A stretch of 64,000 nt of DNA from NCBI GenBank assembly GCA_963708295.1, contig CAVPSJ010000004.1, forward strand, positions 992,001-1,056,000, in the 5' to 3' direction. The DNA is from an uncultured delta proteobacterium. GTDB taxonomy: Bacteria; Desulfobacterota; BSN033; UBA1163. A program made the translations under genes and the position numbers. Position 1 is the stretch's first letter, and each line of letters begins with the position of its first letter. Of this stretch, positions 1 through 9,987 are shown in pieces. The notes under the pieces were generated by a model that saw only the letters and a list, made by a program, of their open reading frames with translations, made no database searches and was not told the origin of the DNA.

Positions 1-15
1 TTTCAATCATTGCCT

Positions 16-855
16 TTATAATTTCTGGAGAAGGGCATCCAGATTTTCCTTTCTTTGGGGACGATAAAAGCAGGAGGCATAAGGAAGAAAGGGGACGCCA
101 CCCCACTTCTTTTTAAAGAAAGTGACCCCCGTATTAATTCCCAGGCCCAGGTTAATATATTTCTTACTCTCTGTTTTTGCCTGTTTGATCACTTCGGAAA
201 GAAGAAGATCTGAGGCGCCCGGGACATAAAGGGCGTCTGAACTGAAATTAAACATATAGATGGAATAGTCCCTTGGTTTAAATTCTGCTATATCGAAAGC
301 AACGAGTTCCCTTCTCTTATTTCTGGCATCGAAGACCCATGCGGTGGGTGAGGATGAGAGATATTCATTGATCTTATTAAAGATGAAACCGGTTTCCTCA
401 TCCACAGGATGGGTCTTCAGGAATTGCGCGATCATCTTCCTGTGTTCCTCATCAAATGTATTGCTTCTTTCCACAGAGAGTTCTCTGTCCGCCCGTTTTA
501 ACATATTCCTTAATTTTTGAGAAATGGAGATGGCTGAAAGGTCCAGACGATAGTAATGGTCCGAAGGAGGATGCATGCGATCATTGATGGAAGAAGGGAC
601 AGAAGGTGCAATCAAGGAGACACTCTCCGGATGGAGGCGCTTGATCCCATCCTCGAGAGCACTTCTCAACCTGTTTTCTTCGAAGGGTTCCTTTAAAGGA
701 TATCCGACGAAAGTGAAATGGCCTTTCTTAGCATAGCCGAGGAAGTCTCCGAAGAGAAACGGTTCGGCCTGCGAAATGGCGGTGACATATCGCGGAATAT
801 GCTCCGGGATAAAGGCGTGATCTGAAATATAGTTCTGTTGGGAAGCCGTGATCAT
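16..855 (-). CDS. GNAT/FemAB-like (aminoacyltransferase-fold) protein, paralog of 1908..2786
   Basis: 279-aa ORF; C-terminal PGASDLL...INLGLGINTGVTFFKKKWGG resembles the Fem/acetyltransferase-fold tail; alignable by eye with 1908..2786 (AFIPEHI vs AYIPEHI; FKKKWGG vs FKEKWGG). Confidence 0.55.
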   Translation of the reverse strand: MITASQQNYISDHAFIPEHIPRYVTAISQAEPFLFGDFLGYAKKGHFTFVGYPLKEPFEENRLRSALEDGIKRLHPESVSLIAPSVPSSINDRMHPPSDHYYRLDLSAISISQKLRNMLKRADRELSVERSNTFDEEHRKMIAQFLKTHPVDEETGFIFNKINEYLSSSPTAWVFDARNKRRELVAFDIAEFKPRDYSIYMFNFSSDALYVPGASDLLLSEVIKQAKTESKKYINLGLGINTGVTFFKKKWGGVPFLPYASCFYRPQRKENLDALLQKL

Positions 856-1681
856 GACTCTTCCTGTGTGACTTGATATCCTTCTTCAAGAAATAACTTT
901 CGAATCCCCGGGATATGGGCCACTCCCACGAAGGCCACCGTCCGTCCCTCTTGAAGAGAGGCCTGGATCCCTTTAAAAAAGATGGGATCTCGCTTCGCAA
1001 GGATGGACTCGCAGCGGGTGGGAAATTCTCCAGTCATGGAGAAGAACTGCCGGATATCTCCTTCCAGGAAAGCCTTCTTGAAGACTTCTTTATGGACTCT
1101 CCAGTTCTTAAAGTGATTGAGATAGTTCACAATGACGCTCAAAGGGGATTCCATCGAGCGCGACCAGTTGGTCCTCGATGGTTTCAAGATATGGCAATTT
1201 TTTTCCCGAGTTTCCGGGCGATGTGAAAAGCTTCCATATCCATCGAGTGTTTCCAGTTCAAAAAGGCGGACCAGATGGCAAAAAAGGTCATCCAGGGACG
1301 GACGCCTCGTGCAAGTTCCTCCAGAGGATCTGAAACGTGTTGGACGGAACATCTCCAAATAGGAGCCGGCCGTCGTGGAAGCCCCCGACTGGGTGGACAG
1401 AAGCAGGTTGATCTCCTTGATGGCGGCCGGCTGAAGGGCCTCGTAAAGAGAGGGAGCATCCTCTCCTTGCTGGCCGTATTGAACGACCCTGGCCATGCTC
1501 TTCTCGTCGAGGGGACCTTCAAAGAGAACTGTTTCCACGCTCTTGAATCAACTTGGTCAGTGATTTCTTAAAACTGTACGGGGAGAAATGGGCTGTTCCG
1601 ACGAGGAAGGAAGTACGATCCATCCTTCTCGACTCTCCATACGGTCCTTAAAGGTTTTTCCTTCCACCAGAAAAGATTCAT
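852..1681 (-). pseudogene. TraB/GumN-family protein, with multiple frameshifts in this sequence
   Basis: Motifs spread over three frames: MNLFWWKEKPLRTVWRVEKDG, FLVGTAHF, VLFEGPLD, RPWMTFF..SMDMEAFHIARKLGK, YLETIEDQLVALDGIP, FVGVAHIPGI. About five +1 shifts; may be sequencing error. Confidence 0.6.
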
Positions 1682-1722
1682 ATGAGTTCCTACCCGCTAA
1701 CCATGATAATTACCCAGGTTCA

Positions 1723-1866
1723 TCCTCCCCCTTGAGGGGGTGTCGTCAGGGTGAAGGGTGGGCGGTTGGTCATAAGGATGGGTCCCCCATGCACGGCCCC
1801 GCCCTCATCCCCTGCCTTCGCCGAGAGCGGCTTCGCGCAGGCAGGCGCCAGGGGAGAGGGGGATTG
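1723..1866. repeat. Nested REP-like palindromic element
   Basis: cctcccccttgaggggg hairpin, and a cctgcc...ggcagg hairpin nested in the ccctcatcccc...ggggagaggg arm pair. Confidence 0.5.
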
Positions 1867-1907
1867 CGCGGTTATTTTCGATATTCGAATTTTGAATTCA
1901 TTTCCCG

Positions 1908-2786
1908 CTAGAGTTTTCCTTCGAGACTTTTGATCAGCGAGAGCGTCCTTGTCGTCCCATAATCACGCTCGCAGAATTCATAGTTGAGGGATGGCATTCC
2001 TCCCCACTTTTCCTTGAATCTTCGTATGCCCTCATTCACTCCCAGTCCGAGATGGATGGTGTGTTTCCCGTGTTCGCGCGTGAGGTTGATCATTTCGAGA
2101 AAGAGAAGGTCAGAGGCATGAGCCACATAATGCTTTTTTGAATGGCAGCCAAGGACATAGGTCGAAAAATTCTTTGCCCCCACTTCAACGACATAGAAGG
2201 CACAGAGCCTCTTCTTCTGGTCCCGCGCGCTCAGGACAACGGCGCCCGAAGAATGAGCCACGTAATCGGGCATCGCACGGTAAAGCTCTCTCACTCTCGG
2301 TGGCAATTTTTCCCTTTTCAGGAGCTCTGCGCCGAGCGCCCGATGTTCCTTTGAAAACGAGCGGGACGTTTCTACCGTCAACTCCTTGGAGACCTTGTCG
2401 GCGATCCGTTGGAGCGAAGGCTTCAACTTCGTCCGCTCGATGTCAAGCGTGTAGTATCGGTCCGTCTCTCTCTCTTTACAGGAGTCCAGAAGAGAAGGGA
2501 GAATCTCAGGCCCGATGAACCAGAGGACCTCCGGTCGGAATGTTTCGACGGCCTGTTTCAAAACCCTCTCGCTTCTCGCCTGAGAAAGATTTCCATCCAG
2601 GGGATATCCGACCAAGATGAGCCAGTTGTCCTTTACAAAACCCAGATGGTCCTCTTTGAGAAAAGGCTCTCCTTTTGAGATGGGCACCATGAGGTTGATG
2701 ATGTGCTCCGGAATATAGGCCCTCTCCAAGACGTATGCTTCCTCTTGAGGGGTAATCACTTTGTCTCTCTCCTCGTACAGGCCCAT
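1908..2786 (-). CDS. GNAT/FemAB-like protein, paralog of 16..855
   Basis: 292-aa ORF; HASDLLFLEMI...IHLGLGVNEGIRRFKEKWGG. Confidence 0.55.
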   Translation of the reverse strand: MGLYEERDKVITPQEEAYVLERAYIPEHIINLMVPISKGEPFLKEDHLGFVKDNWLILVGYPLDGNLSQARSERVLKQAVETFRPEVLWFIGPEILPSLLDSCKERETDRYYTLDIERTKLKPSLQRIADKVSKELTVETSRSFSKEHRALGAELLKREKLPPRVRELYRAMPDYVAHSSGAVVLSARDQKKRLCAFYVVEVGAKNFSTYVLGCHSKKHYVAHASDLLFLEMINLTREHGKHTIHLGLGVNEGIRRFKEKWGGMPSLNYEFCERDYGTTRTLSLIKSLEGKL

Positions 2787-2929
2787 TCTATCTCAGTTTT
2801 GTCCAAATTTCTAAAGGATTTTAATAGAGGTCAGCAGGGAAATGAAAACTCTCCTTTCAAAAATTGGTTGATTTCTTAATTTGATTGCGATTAGATAATA
2901 AAAGGAGGTGAGAAGGATTTGTTCAAAAG

Positions 2930-2962
2930 AAAAGAGGCCAGCCTCCATGACTGGCCCCCTTG
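2930..2962 (-). terminator. Probable intrinsic terminator after tRNA-Ala
   Basis: ggccag...ctggcc stem followed by a T-run on the minus strand. Confidence 0.55.
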
Positions 2963-2968
2963 AATTTT

Positions 2969-3044
2969 TGGTGGAGCAGACCGGGATCGAACCGGCGGCC
3001 TCCAGAGTGCGATTCTGGCGCTCTCCCAGCTGAGCTACTGCCCC
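2969..3044 (-). tRNA. tRNA-Ala (anticodon CGC)
   Basis: GGGGCAGTAGCTCAGCTGGGAGAGCGCCAGAATCGCACTCTGGAGGCCGCCGGTTCGATCCCGGTCTGCTCCACCA; 76-nt cloverleaf, G3:U70 alanine determinant, encoded CCA. Confidence 0.96.
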
Positions 3045-3059
3045 CTTAATAAAAAACCG

Positions 3060-3090
3060 CAAAGCGCATGGCGCACAGAGCATAGCGCGT
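3060..3090. repeat. Imperfect AGCGCAT-type heptamer tandem repeat (also ~14278-14310 and ~39125-39190)
   Basis: agcgcatggcgcacagagcatagcgcg; reverse-complement form gctatgcgctatgctccatgcgcc at ~14281. Confidence 0.55.
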
Positions 3091-3175
3091 AGAAGAAAAT
3101 AGACACAACTCAAAGAACATTCTCAAAGCGAAAGGTGATCGAAAAACCGCACCCACTAAAACACTTTTTTGAATT

Positions 3176-3532
3176 TCACGATGATCCCAAAAGCTTTCGA
3201 ATCGTGCATTTGAAGTTTGTTAAGTCTGCGCATTTGACAACGTAGGCATCCGAAGCCCAGGTGGTGAGATCCTGCTTGTACTCTCCGTAGGCGGAGCAGA
3301 GGATGATGGGAAGTTGCCTTTCTCTTTCGCGGATGCGTTTCAGGGCTTCCAGGCCGTCCATCCCGGGCATCTTGATATCGAGAGAGATGAGGTCCGGTTT
3401 GAAGGCAAAGAGCTTTTCGAGCGCCTCTTCCCCGTTTCCGGCACACTCCACAATATACCCTTCCTCCTCCAGCTCCTCTTTATAAAGGAAGCGGATACTT
3501 TCCTCATCGTCCACAACTAAGATCTTTTTCAT
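3176..3532 (-). CDS. Single-domain response regulator (CheY-like receiver)
   Basis: KKILVVDDE...LDIKMPGMDG...SA...K; start placed at the ATG after an AGGAG RBS. Confidence 0.9.
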   Translation of the reverse strand: MKKILVVDDEESIRFLYKEELEEEGYIVECAGNGEEALEKLFAFKPDLISLDIKMPGMDGLEALKRIRERERQLPIILCSAYGEYKQDLTTWASDAYVVKCADLTNFKCTIRKLLGSS

Positions 3533-3587
3533 GGGTTTGACTCCTGGACGGGCTCGGCTCCTGCCGTACCCTGCAATGATTCCCACG

Positions 3588-5951
3588 TCAAATAGGTCTG
3601 TCGTTTGCCTCCGCATTCCTGGCTTTTTTCTCTATTCCCACACATGCCGGTAGAGTAACGATGAAATTCACTCCATTGCCTGGGCGATTGTCTACTTCGA
3701 TCTGGCCCCCATGGGAAGTGATAATTCTGTGGACAATCGGCAAGCCCAAACCCAGGCTGGATTCTTTAGTGGAATAGAAGGGGTTAAAGATATTGTGGAG
3801 GTTTTTCGGATCGACCCCCTTCCCGGTATCCTCCACCTCTACCCTCGCATAGGATGAACCATTCTTTGAAAAGGAATGGACGCGCACGGAAAGGATGCCT
3901 TTCTCTTTCATCGCCTGACAGGCGTTATAGATCAGGTTAAGGAAGCTCTGTCTTAATTGAAGCCGATCTCCGAAGACCTTGGGAACCTCTTCTCCAAACT
4001 CCTTGACCAGTTGAATCCTCTGCGAAAGGATTTGCTCTGTAACCGTGGAAAGGCTTTCTTCCAGGACGTCCCGAAGGTCTAATTCTTTGAAGATCAACGA
4101 TTCCTCTCGCGTATACTTGAGGAGGTCGTCGAGAACCCGTTCGAGTCGGCTGACCTCTTTGATAATCGTCTCAGAGTACTTTTTTTCTTGGGACCCCTCC
4201 GGTACGGTCCGATCCAGGCGGCGTGCGAATCCGCCGATGGAGGTGAGAGGATTCTTGATCTCATGCGCAATGCTCGTAGACATTTCGCCCAGAGCCACCA
4301 TCTTTTCCAAATGGATCAATAGCGTCTGGGTTTCTTTGAGCTCCTGATGGACCTCCTCCAGATTTCGATATAGACTGGCGTTTTCGATGGCCAATCCGGC
4401 CTGGTTCGCGAACATGCTCAAAAAATGGATGTCTTCTTCCGTGATAGGATGCTGGTTATAAAGATTGTCCACCAGAATCACACCGATCACTTTTCCTTTT
4501 CCGATCAGGGGGACCGTCGCAAAAGAATAAACCTTGGGGCTTCGACCGAGGTGTCCACCCACATAACATCCCACTTCTGATCCGATATGGCAACCCCTTT
4601 CACACGGGGTTCGAAGGTTTCCCTCTTCGGACGGAGGAAGTTGAATATTGAACGGTTTTCTTTCAAGAACGGTACGCGAAAGAATGCAATGTTCCTGTGT
4701 CAGCGGAATCTGAATTTCTTTGACGGTGGAGTTTAAAGTGGAATGGTCTTCGGGAGAAATTTGGGCGATCAGGTCGGAGGCGCTTCCCTTTCTCTGAGAC
4801 AGGGAACCCCAAATCTTCCCCGCTTCTTCAGCGCTGTCTGGACCGACACCCATCATCCCGTCTAGTACTCGATCTTTCTCCCGGACCAGAAAGAGCATCG
4901 CTCGATTAAACTTCAAGCCTTCTCCGATCGTGATCGCGGTCAGCGTTAAATGCAGGATCCGCTCAAAATTCACGGTGGTCAAAAGGGCCTTATTGAGTTC
5001 CCAGAGGGTGGAAAGCTCTCTCACTCTCTTCTCATGCTCCTGGGCCATCTTGGAGGTTTCATAATGAATCATCGCGTTTTCAATCGCATAGGACATGTGG
5101 GTCGTCATCATCGATAAGAGTTGAAGATCTTTCTCATTGAATTTTGAAGAATCGGAATTCTTATCATAAAAGGCCAGGGTTCCCAACGTCTTCCCTTTCG
5201 AGAAAAACGGGGCGCAAAGGATGGAAAAAGCCGGTTTTTCTTCGCCGAAGTGATCGAAAGAGAGAGGGGTTCGAGTATGGAAGACCCTTTCTGCCACCTT
5301 CTCATCGAGAGGATTTTGATCATAACCCCCCAGGCTGCATTTGACTTCCAACTCCCCGGTCCTTCTGTCTTCGAATCTCAGCACCCCTCCTTTGGCTTTT
5401 AGAATTCTTAAGCCGGTCGTGACGATGAGTTCGAAGAGGTTCTCCAGTTTTAAGGTAGAGGTCACGGCTTCTGCCATTTCACGAAGAGCGGTCAATTCTG
5501 AAATGGTCTCTTCAGTCTTTTGACGGAGATTATCGCTTTTGATCGCTCCTCCGATCACCTCCCCGGCCAGGAGAAGAAGCTCCGTCTCTTCGGGGGAAAA
5601 CCGGTAGTCCTTTGAGAAACCCACGTAGAGAATCCCTTCAAAGGAGGTCCCATCATACAAGGGAATGCAGGCGAAGGTTGGGCGGAGAAGGTCTTCCTCT
5701 TCGAAGGAGATGTTCTCTTTAGGAAGGGAGGCGCCATTTTCTCGCCAGAACGGTTTCTTCTCCGAGGCCACACGGGAAAGAAAACCGGTTTTGTCAATTT
5801 TGTCTGGCTTGAGGAAGAGACATCGTTCCGACGGAAAGGCGCCTGAGATGGCTTGAAGCATCCGATCCAGTTTCATATCGATCGGGAGAGATGAATTGGA
5901 AAGGTGGAGAATCGAATTGAGCAGATCACGGGTATGAAGTGGACCGGACAT
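3588..5951 (-). CDS. Multi-GAF sensor histidine kinase (NtrB-type)
   Basis: GAF-like segments; H-box AHEIKNPL, N-box NLIYNA, DTGKG, FNPFYSTK, GLGL. Confidence 0.9.
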   Translation of the reverse strand: MSGPLHTRDLLNSILHLSNSSLPIDMKLDRMLQAISGAFPSERCLFLKPDKIDKTGFLSRVASEKKPFWRENGASLPKENISFEEEDLLRPTFACIPLYDGTSFEGILYVGFSKDYRFSPEETELLLLAGEVIGGAIKSDNLRQKTEETISELTALREMAEAVTSTLKLENLFELIVTTGLRILKAKGGVLRFEDRRTGELEVKCSLGGYDQNPLDEKVAERVFHTRTPLSFDHFGEEKPAFSILCAPFFSKGKTLGTLAFYDKNSDSSKFNEKDLQLLSMMTTHMSYAIENAMIHYETSKMAQEHEKRVRELSTLWELNKALLTTVNFERILHLTLTAITIGEGLKFNRAMLFLVREKDRVLDGMMGVGPDSAEEAGKIWGSLSQRKGSASDLIAQISPEDHSTLNSTVKEIQIPLTQEHCILSRTVLERKPFNIQLPPSEEGNLRTPCERGCHIGSEVGCYVGGHLGRSPKVYSFATVPLIGKGKVIGVILVDNLYNQHPITEEDIHFLSMFANQAGLAIENASLYRNLEEVHQELKETQTLLIHLEKMVALGEMSTSIAHEIKNPLTSIGGFARRLDRTVPEGSQEKKYSETIIKEVSRLERVLDDLLKYTREESLIFKELDLRDVLEESLSTVTEQILSQRIQLVKEFGEEVPKVFGDRLQLRQSFLNLIYNACQAMKEKGILSVRVHSFSKNGSSYARVEVEDTGKGVDPKNLHNIFNPFYSTKESSLGLGLPIVHRIITSHGGQIEVDNRPGNGVNFIVTLPACVGIEKKARNAEANDRPI

Positions 5952-5959
5952 AAGGGTTT

Positions 5960-6146
5960 ACCCCGTTAGAAGGCCCCGCTGCTTGCCCCGTGAGAGGTTT
6001 ATCTCTAAACGGGACGAGCAGCGGGGATGAAAAGTATTCCTTTTTGAGCGAACCCCGTTAGAGATTCATCTCTAAACGGGACGAATACAGAGGTTAAGGC
6101 CCATGTTTGCCTTCCCGTTGGAAAGTAGAGGACTTTCTAACGGGGT
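5960..6146. repeat. Nested ACCCCGTTAGA...TCTAACGGGGT REP-like palindromes
   Basis: Outer arms accccgttagaa (5960) and tttctaacggggt (6146) enclose two inner ccccgt(g/t)agag...ctctaaacggg hairpins and a ccccgctgct/agcagcgggg pair. Confidence 0.75.
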
Positions 6147-7142
6147 TTATTTCGCCTCCCGCATATACTCTGCCGCTTCCTCGGGAGGGGTGGGATTTAT
6201 ATAGAACCCCGTTCCCCACTCAAATCCTGCCACTTTGGTCAACTTCGGCATGATTTCAATATGCCAATGATAGTGGTCCGCGTCGATCTCCGGGGAGGAG
6301 GAGGTATGAATCACGTAATTGTAAGGAGGATCCGTGAGCACCCGATTCATTCTGTTGAGGGTTTCGGATAGGATTTGAGCGGCGTGCTCATACTGGGAAA
6401 CCTCCATGTGCTCGAAATCGGGGGAATGGGTTTTTGGAAGAATCCATGTTTCAAACGGAAATCGAGAGGCAAAGGGGGCGATGGAGACAAAAAACCTGTT
6501 CTCGGTGATGATGCGATGTTTCTGCTGGAGCTCTTGTCGGATGATATCGCAGAAGACGCACCGGTCTTTATAATGAAAATAGGTTTTTGCCCCTTCAATC
6601 TCTTCGGTCACCCGTTTCGGGACAATCGGGAGAGCAATGATTTGAGAATGGGAATGTTCCAACGAAGCCCCCGCCGCGACGCCATGGTTTTTGAAGACAA
6701 GGACATGTCGAAGGCGCGGGTCGCGCCTCAGATCGATGATCCGATCACGGTAAGCCAGTAGGATATTCTTTACATTCTTGAGCGGCAGGGTGACCAAGGT
6801 CTCTTCATGCCGGGGCGTTTCAACCACGACTTCATGGGCACCGATACCGTTCATTTTATCATAGATCCCTTCCCCTTCACGGTTCAGTTCTCCTTCTATT
6901 CTGAGAGCGGGGAACTTGTTGGAAACGACCCGAAGGGTCCAGCCCGGAGAATTGGGAGGAGTTCCATTGTCTCGGAACGCAAGGACTTCCGGAGGAGTTC
7001 GATCTTCGTTGCCTTCACAGAGGGGGCAGAATCCGCCGGCGGATCTTCGTTCTTCTGGAGGAAAATCCGAGGGTCGCCGGCTCCTCTCGGTGGAGATGAT
7101 CACCCATCTTCCATGGATAGGATCTTTTCTCAGTTCGGGCAT
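6147..7142 (-). CDS. galT: Galactose-1-phosphate uridylyltransferase
   Basis: MPELRKDP..WVI, CPLCEGNE, GASLEHSHSQ (HxHxQ), AGFEWGTG. Confidence 0.92.
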   Translation of the reverse strand: MPELRKDPIHGRWVIISTERSRRPSDFPPEERRSAGGFCPLCEGNEDRTPPEVLAFRDNGTPPNSPGWTLRVVSNKFPALRIEGELNREGEGIYDKMNGIGAHEVVVETPRHEETLVTLPLKNVKNILLAYRDRIIDLRRDPRLRHVLVFKNHGVAAGASLEHSHSQIIALPIVPKRVTEEIEGAKTYFHYKDRCVFCDIIRQELQQKHRIITENRFFVSIAPFASRFPFETWILPKTHSPDFEHMEVSQYEHAAQILSETLNRMNRVLTDPPYNYVIHTSSSPEIDADHYHWHIEIMPKLTKVAGFEWGTGFYINPTPPEEAAEYMREAK

Positions 7143-7172
7143 AGGGACTCGTCTTGAGAAGGAAAGGTGGGC

Positions 7173-7571
7173 TTAGGAGGGAAAACTTCTTTTGACCTTT
7201 GTCCCTCTTTGCCTCTCCATTCGTTCTTGATTTTCTCCTTCGGTTTTGCATTCAATACACAGCGTGGTCACCGGTCTCGCCATCAGTCTTTTTTCAGAGA
7301 TAGGCTTCCCACAGGACTCGCAAATTCCAAATGTTCCGTTATCCACCCGGTCCATGGCTTCTTTGACTTTCGTGATCAACTTTCTCTCACGGTCCTTAAT
7401 TCTCAGGAGGAAATTCCGGTCCGATTCCAAAGAGGCCCGGTCGGTCGGGTCGGGAAAGTCCCCTTTGCTGTCCTGGCGCATATCCGTAGCTGTCTTTCCG
7501 GCTTCCACCAGGAGGTCATGGAGCATTCCCTCGAGCAATCCCTTAAAATAAAGAAGCTTTTCTTGATCCAT
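7173..7571 (-). CDS. dksA: RNA polymerase-binding protein DksA
   Basis: DPTDRAS coiled-coil tip; CESC...CIEC zinc finger; RLMARP. Confidence 0.92.
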   Translation of the reverse strand: MDQEKLLYFKGLLEGMLHDLLVEAGKTATDMRQDSKGDFPDPTDRASLESDRNFLLRIKDRERKLITKVKEAMDRVDNGTFGICESCGKPISEKRLMARPVTTLCIECKTEGENQERMERQRGTKVKRSFPS

Positions 7572-7849
7572 TCAAACTCTCCCGAGGGGCTCGGACCCTC
7601 AAAAGAAGCAAGGGTTAAACGTCTAATCTACTTATATTAATATATCTTTTCGAGAAAAATCAAATGATAAATGAAGCGGTTCCCCGGCTGATCGACCTCA
7701 TGGCTTCACGAAAATGGAAATAGGGAATATTCCTTCTTAACGTTCGATTTGACACAGGTTTGTGAATCGAATACTATTCCTATGATCAGGTTAAACAAAG
7801 CAGGGACGGCCTTCTTCGACGTCCAACGACACGAAGGTGAAATAAATCC

Positions 7850-9985
7850 GTGACCATCCGCAAAATACTCCTCATCGTCCCGATTTTGGTTATCGTCTTC
7901 CTGCTCCAGTCCTATTTCTGGGTTCCCACCTACGAGGAACAGTCTCAAGGCAATCCCGACCGGCTGAAGGAGTATATTTCAGGCTCGATCGGAGACGCCG
8001 CCATTCTGAACCCGATCCTTTCCGCGGACTCGCCAAGCAGCACCATAGAAAGCCTCGTTTTCGAGGGACTGATCGATTATGACGAGAACCTGCGATTTAG
8101 GGGACGGTTGGCGACCTCCTGGGAAATCCATGAGGAGGCTTTCTTCTGTATCAACGAGGATGCCACGATCCCGAATACAGGAACGATGGAGGCGGAGGGA
8201 GTCCTGAAGATCCTTCAGAACAGAAAGAAAGAATCTGGCTCATTGAGTCGTCGGGCGAGATCGTCGTTCGATAACATTCGGGAAATTTCGATCGTCCCCG
8301 CGAGGGAATACGAATTCAGCCGGCAAGAGAAAGCACCCAAGGAGGGCGCGCCGGAAAGAGAAGTGAAGATTCGGGTGAGAAGCCCTTCCAGAATCAAGCT
8401 TGTTCTGGAGAACGTGGACCAGTTCCTGTTTGAAAGCCTTTCTGAGATTCTGGGAAAGAATTACTTCAATACATTCAGGGCCCAGAGATATGTTCAGTTC
8501 GATCCCGATGGGGACCCGAAGAAGAAGGCCGAGTACGCAAGCGAGGTGTTGCCCGCAACGGAACACAATCCGATCATCGTCTTTCACCTGCGGCCAGGCG
8601 TGAAATTTCATGACGGCCATCCCTTCGAAGCCGAGGATGTGAAGTTCACCTATGAGGCCATCATGAATCCTAAGAATCTCTCTCCACGCGTCGCCGATTA
8701 CGAACCCGTCAAAGAAGTGGAAGTCGTTGATCCCCTCACGATCCGCGTCGTTTACAAACGGCTCTATTCTCCGGCGCTGGGAACCTGGCAGATGGGCATC
8801 CTGCCCGAGCATCTTCTGAGCGACGAGGTCTTGAGGAAAGAGGCCGCCCAATCCGGGAAAAAGCCTGAAAAATTCTCCATGCGCGACACCCGGTTTAATC
8901 GAAACCCGATCGGGTGCGGTCCGTTCGTCTTCAAGGAATGGAAACCTGACCAGTTCATCAAGCTGAATCGCTACGCACATTATTGGGAAGGCCCGCCGAA
9001 TTACGACCAGTACTTTTTCCGGATCATTCCCGATCCTCTGACTCAGGAGATGGAGTTCTATGCAGGCACGGTAGACGCCTACGACGTTCGCCCCCACCAG
9101 GTGGCGCGTTTTCAAAAGGACCCTAAGTATCAGAGCTTCTCGGGTCTCGCGTTCGGGTACACCTACATCGGTTACAATGAGAGGCGCGAGCCGTTCAACG
9201 ACCGCAGGGTACGGACAGCCCTTGGCATGGCCATCGACGTGAACAAGATCATCCAGTATGTGCTTTTCGGCCAGGGAGAACGGATTACCGGACCTTTTCC
9301 CAAACAGACAGACTATTACAATGCCGGGGTGAAACCTCTCCCCTATGACCCCCAAGGGGCTCTGAAGCTCTTGGAGGAGGCAGGCTGGAAGCGAAACAGG
9401 GAAGGCTGGCTGGAAAAAAACGGGAAGCGACTTCAGTTCACGCTGATCACGAACAACGGAAATGATCTCCGGAAGGCCATCCTGACCGTCGCCCAGGACG
9501 AATGGAGGAAGATCGGGATCGACGTGCGGACCGACCTCCTGGAATGGGCGGTTTTCATCCAGGAACGAGTGGATAAGGCCGATTTCGATGCCCTGGTTCT
9601 TGGCTGGAGCATGGGAATCGAGCCGGACCTCTTCCAGATATGGCACTCGAGCCAGACCCATCCGTTCCAGCTCAATTTTGTGGGGTTTAAGAATGAGGAG
9701 GCCGATGATCTGATCGTCAAGATCAGACAGGAGTACAATCACGAACGTCAGGTGGCCTACTGCCACCAGCTTCATGAGATCATCGCCCGGGAGCAGCCGT
9801 ATACCTTTCTCTATGTGACGAAATGGACGGCGGTCCTGGACAAACGGATTGTCATTCAGGAAAGGGACGGGGAAGGAAAGGTCGTCTACAAGAAGATTAC
9901 GCCCACGAAGACAGGAAATTATATGTTTTACTTTAACAAGTGGATCAAGCTTCCGCAGGTGCCCACCTTCGCAGCAGAGGGATAG
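7850..9985 (+). CDS. Peptide ABC transporter substrate-binding protein (family 5) with a large insertion
   Basis: LNPILSAD, FHLRPGVKFHDGHPFEAEDVKFT, PIGCGPF, RVRTAL. Confidence 0.88.
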   Translation: MTIRKILLIVPILVIVFLLQSYFWVPTYEEQSQGNPDRLKEYISGSIGDAAILNPILSADSPSSTIESLVFEGLIDYDENLRFRGRLATSWEIHEEAFFCINEDATIPNTGTMEAEGVLKILQNRKKESGSLSRRARSSFDNIREISIVPAREYEFSRQEKAPKEGAPEREVKIRVRSPSRIKLVLENVDQFLFESLSEILGKNYFNTFRAQRYVQFDPDGDPKKKAEYASEVLPATEHNPIIVFHLRPGVKFHDGHPFEAEDVKFTYEAIMNPKNLSPRVADYEPVKEVEVVDPLTIRVVYKRLYSPALGTWQMGILPEHLLSDEVLRKEAAQSGKKPEKFSMRDTRFNRNPIGCGPFVFKEWKPDQFIKLNRYAHYWEGPPNYDQYFFRIIPDPLTQEMEFYAGTVDAYDVRPHQVARFQKDPKYQSFSGLAFGYTYIGYNERREPFNDRRVRTALGMAIDVNKIIQYVLFGQGERITGPFPKQTDYYNAGVKPLPYDPQGALKLLEEAGWKRNREGWLEKNGKRLQFTLITNNGNDLRKAILTVAQDEWRKIGIDVRTDLLEWAVFIQERVDKADFDALVLGWSMGIEPDLFQIWHSSQTHPFQLNFVGFKNEEADDLIVKIRQEYNHERQVAYCHQLHEIIAREQPYTFLYVTKWTAVLDKRIVIQERDGEGKVVYKKITPTKTGNYMFYFNKWIKLPQVPTFAAEG

Positions 9986-9987
9986 CG

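Noticed and set aside
2969-3044. tRNA-Ala as the attachment site of an integrated island
   Set aside because: No duplicated tRNA 3' end or adjacent integrase found in the window; it could lie beyond the left edge.
2811-3113. 100-aa ORF
   Set aside because: It spans the tRNA-Ala gene and a heptamer repeat; spurious.
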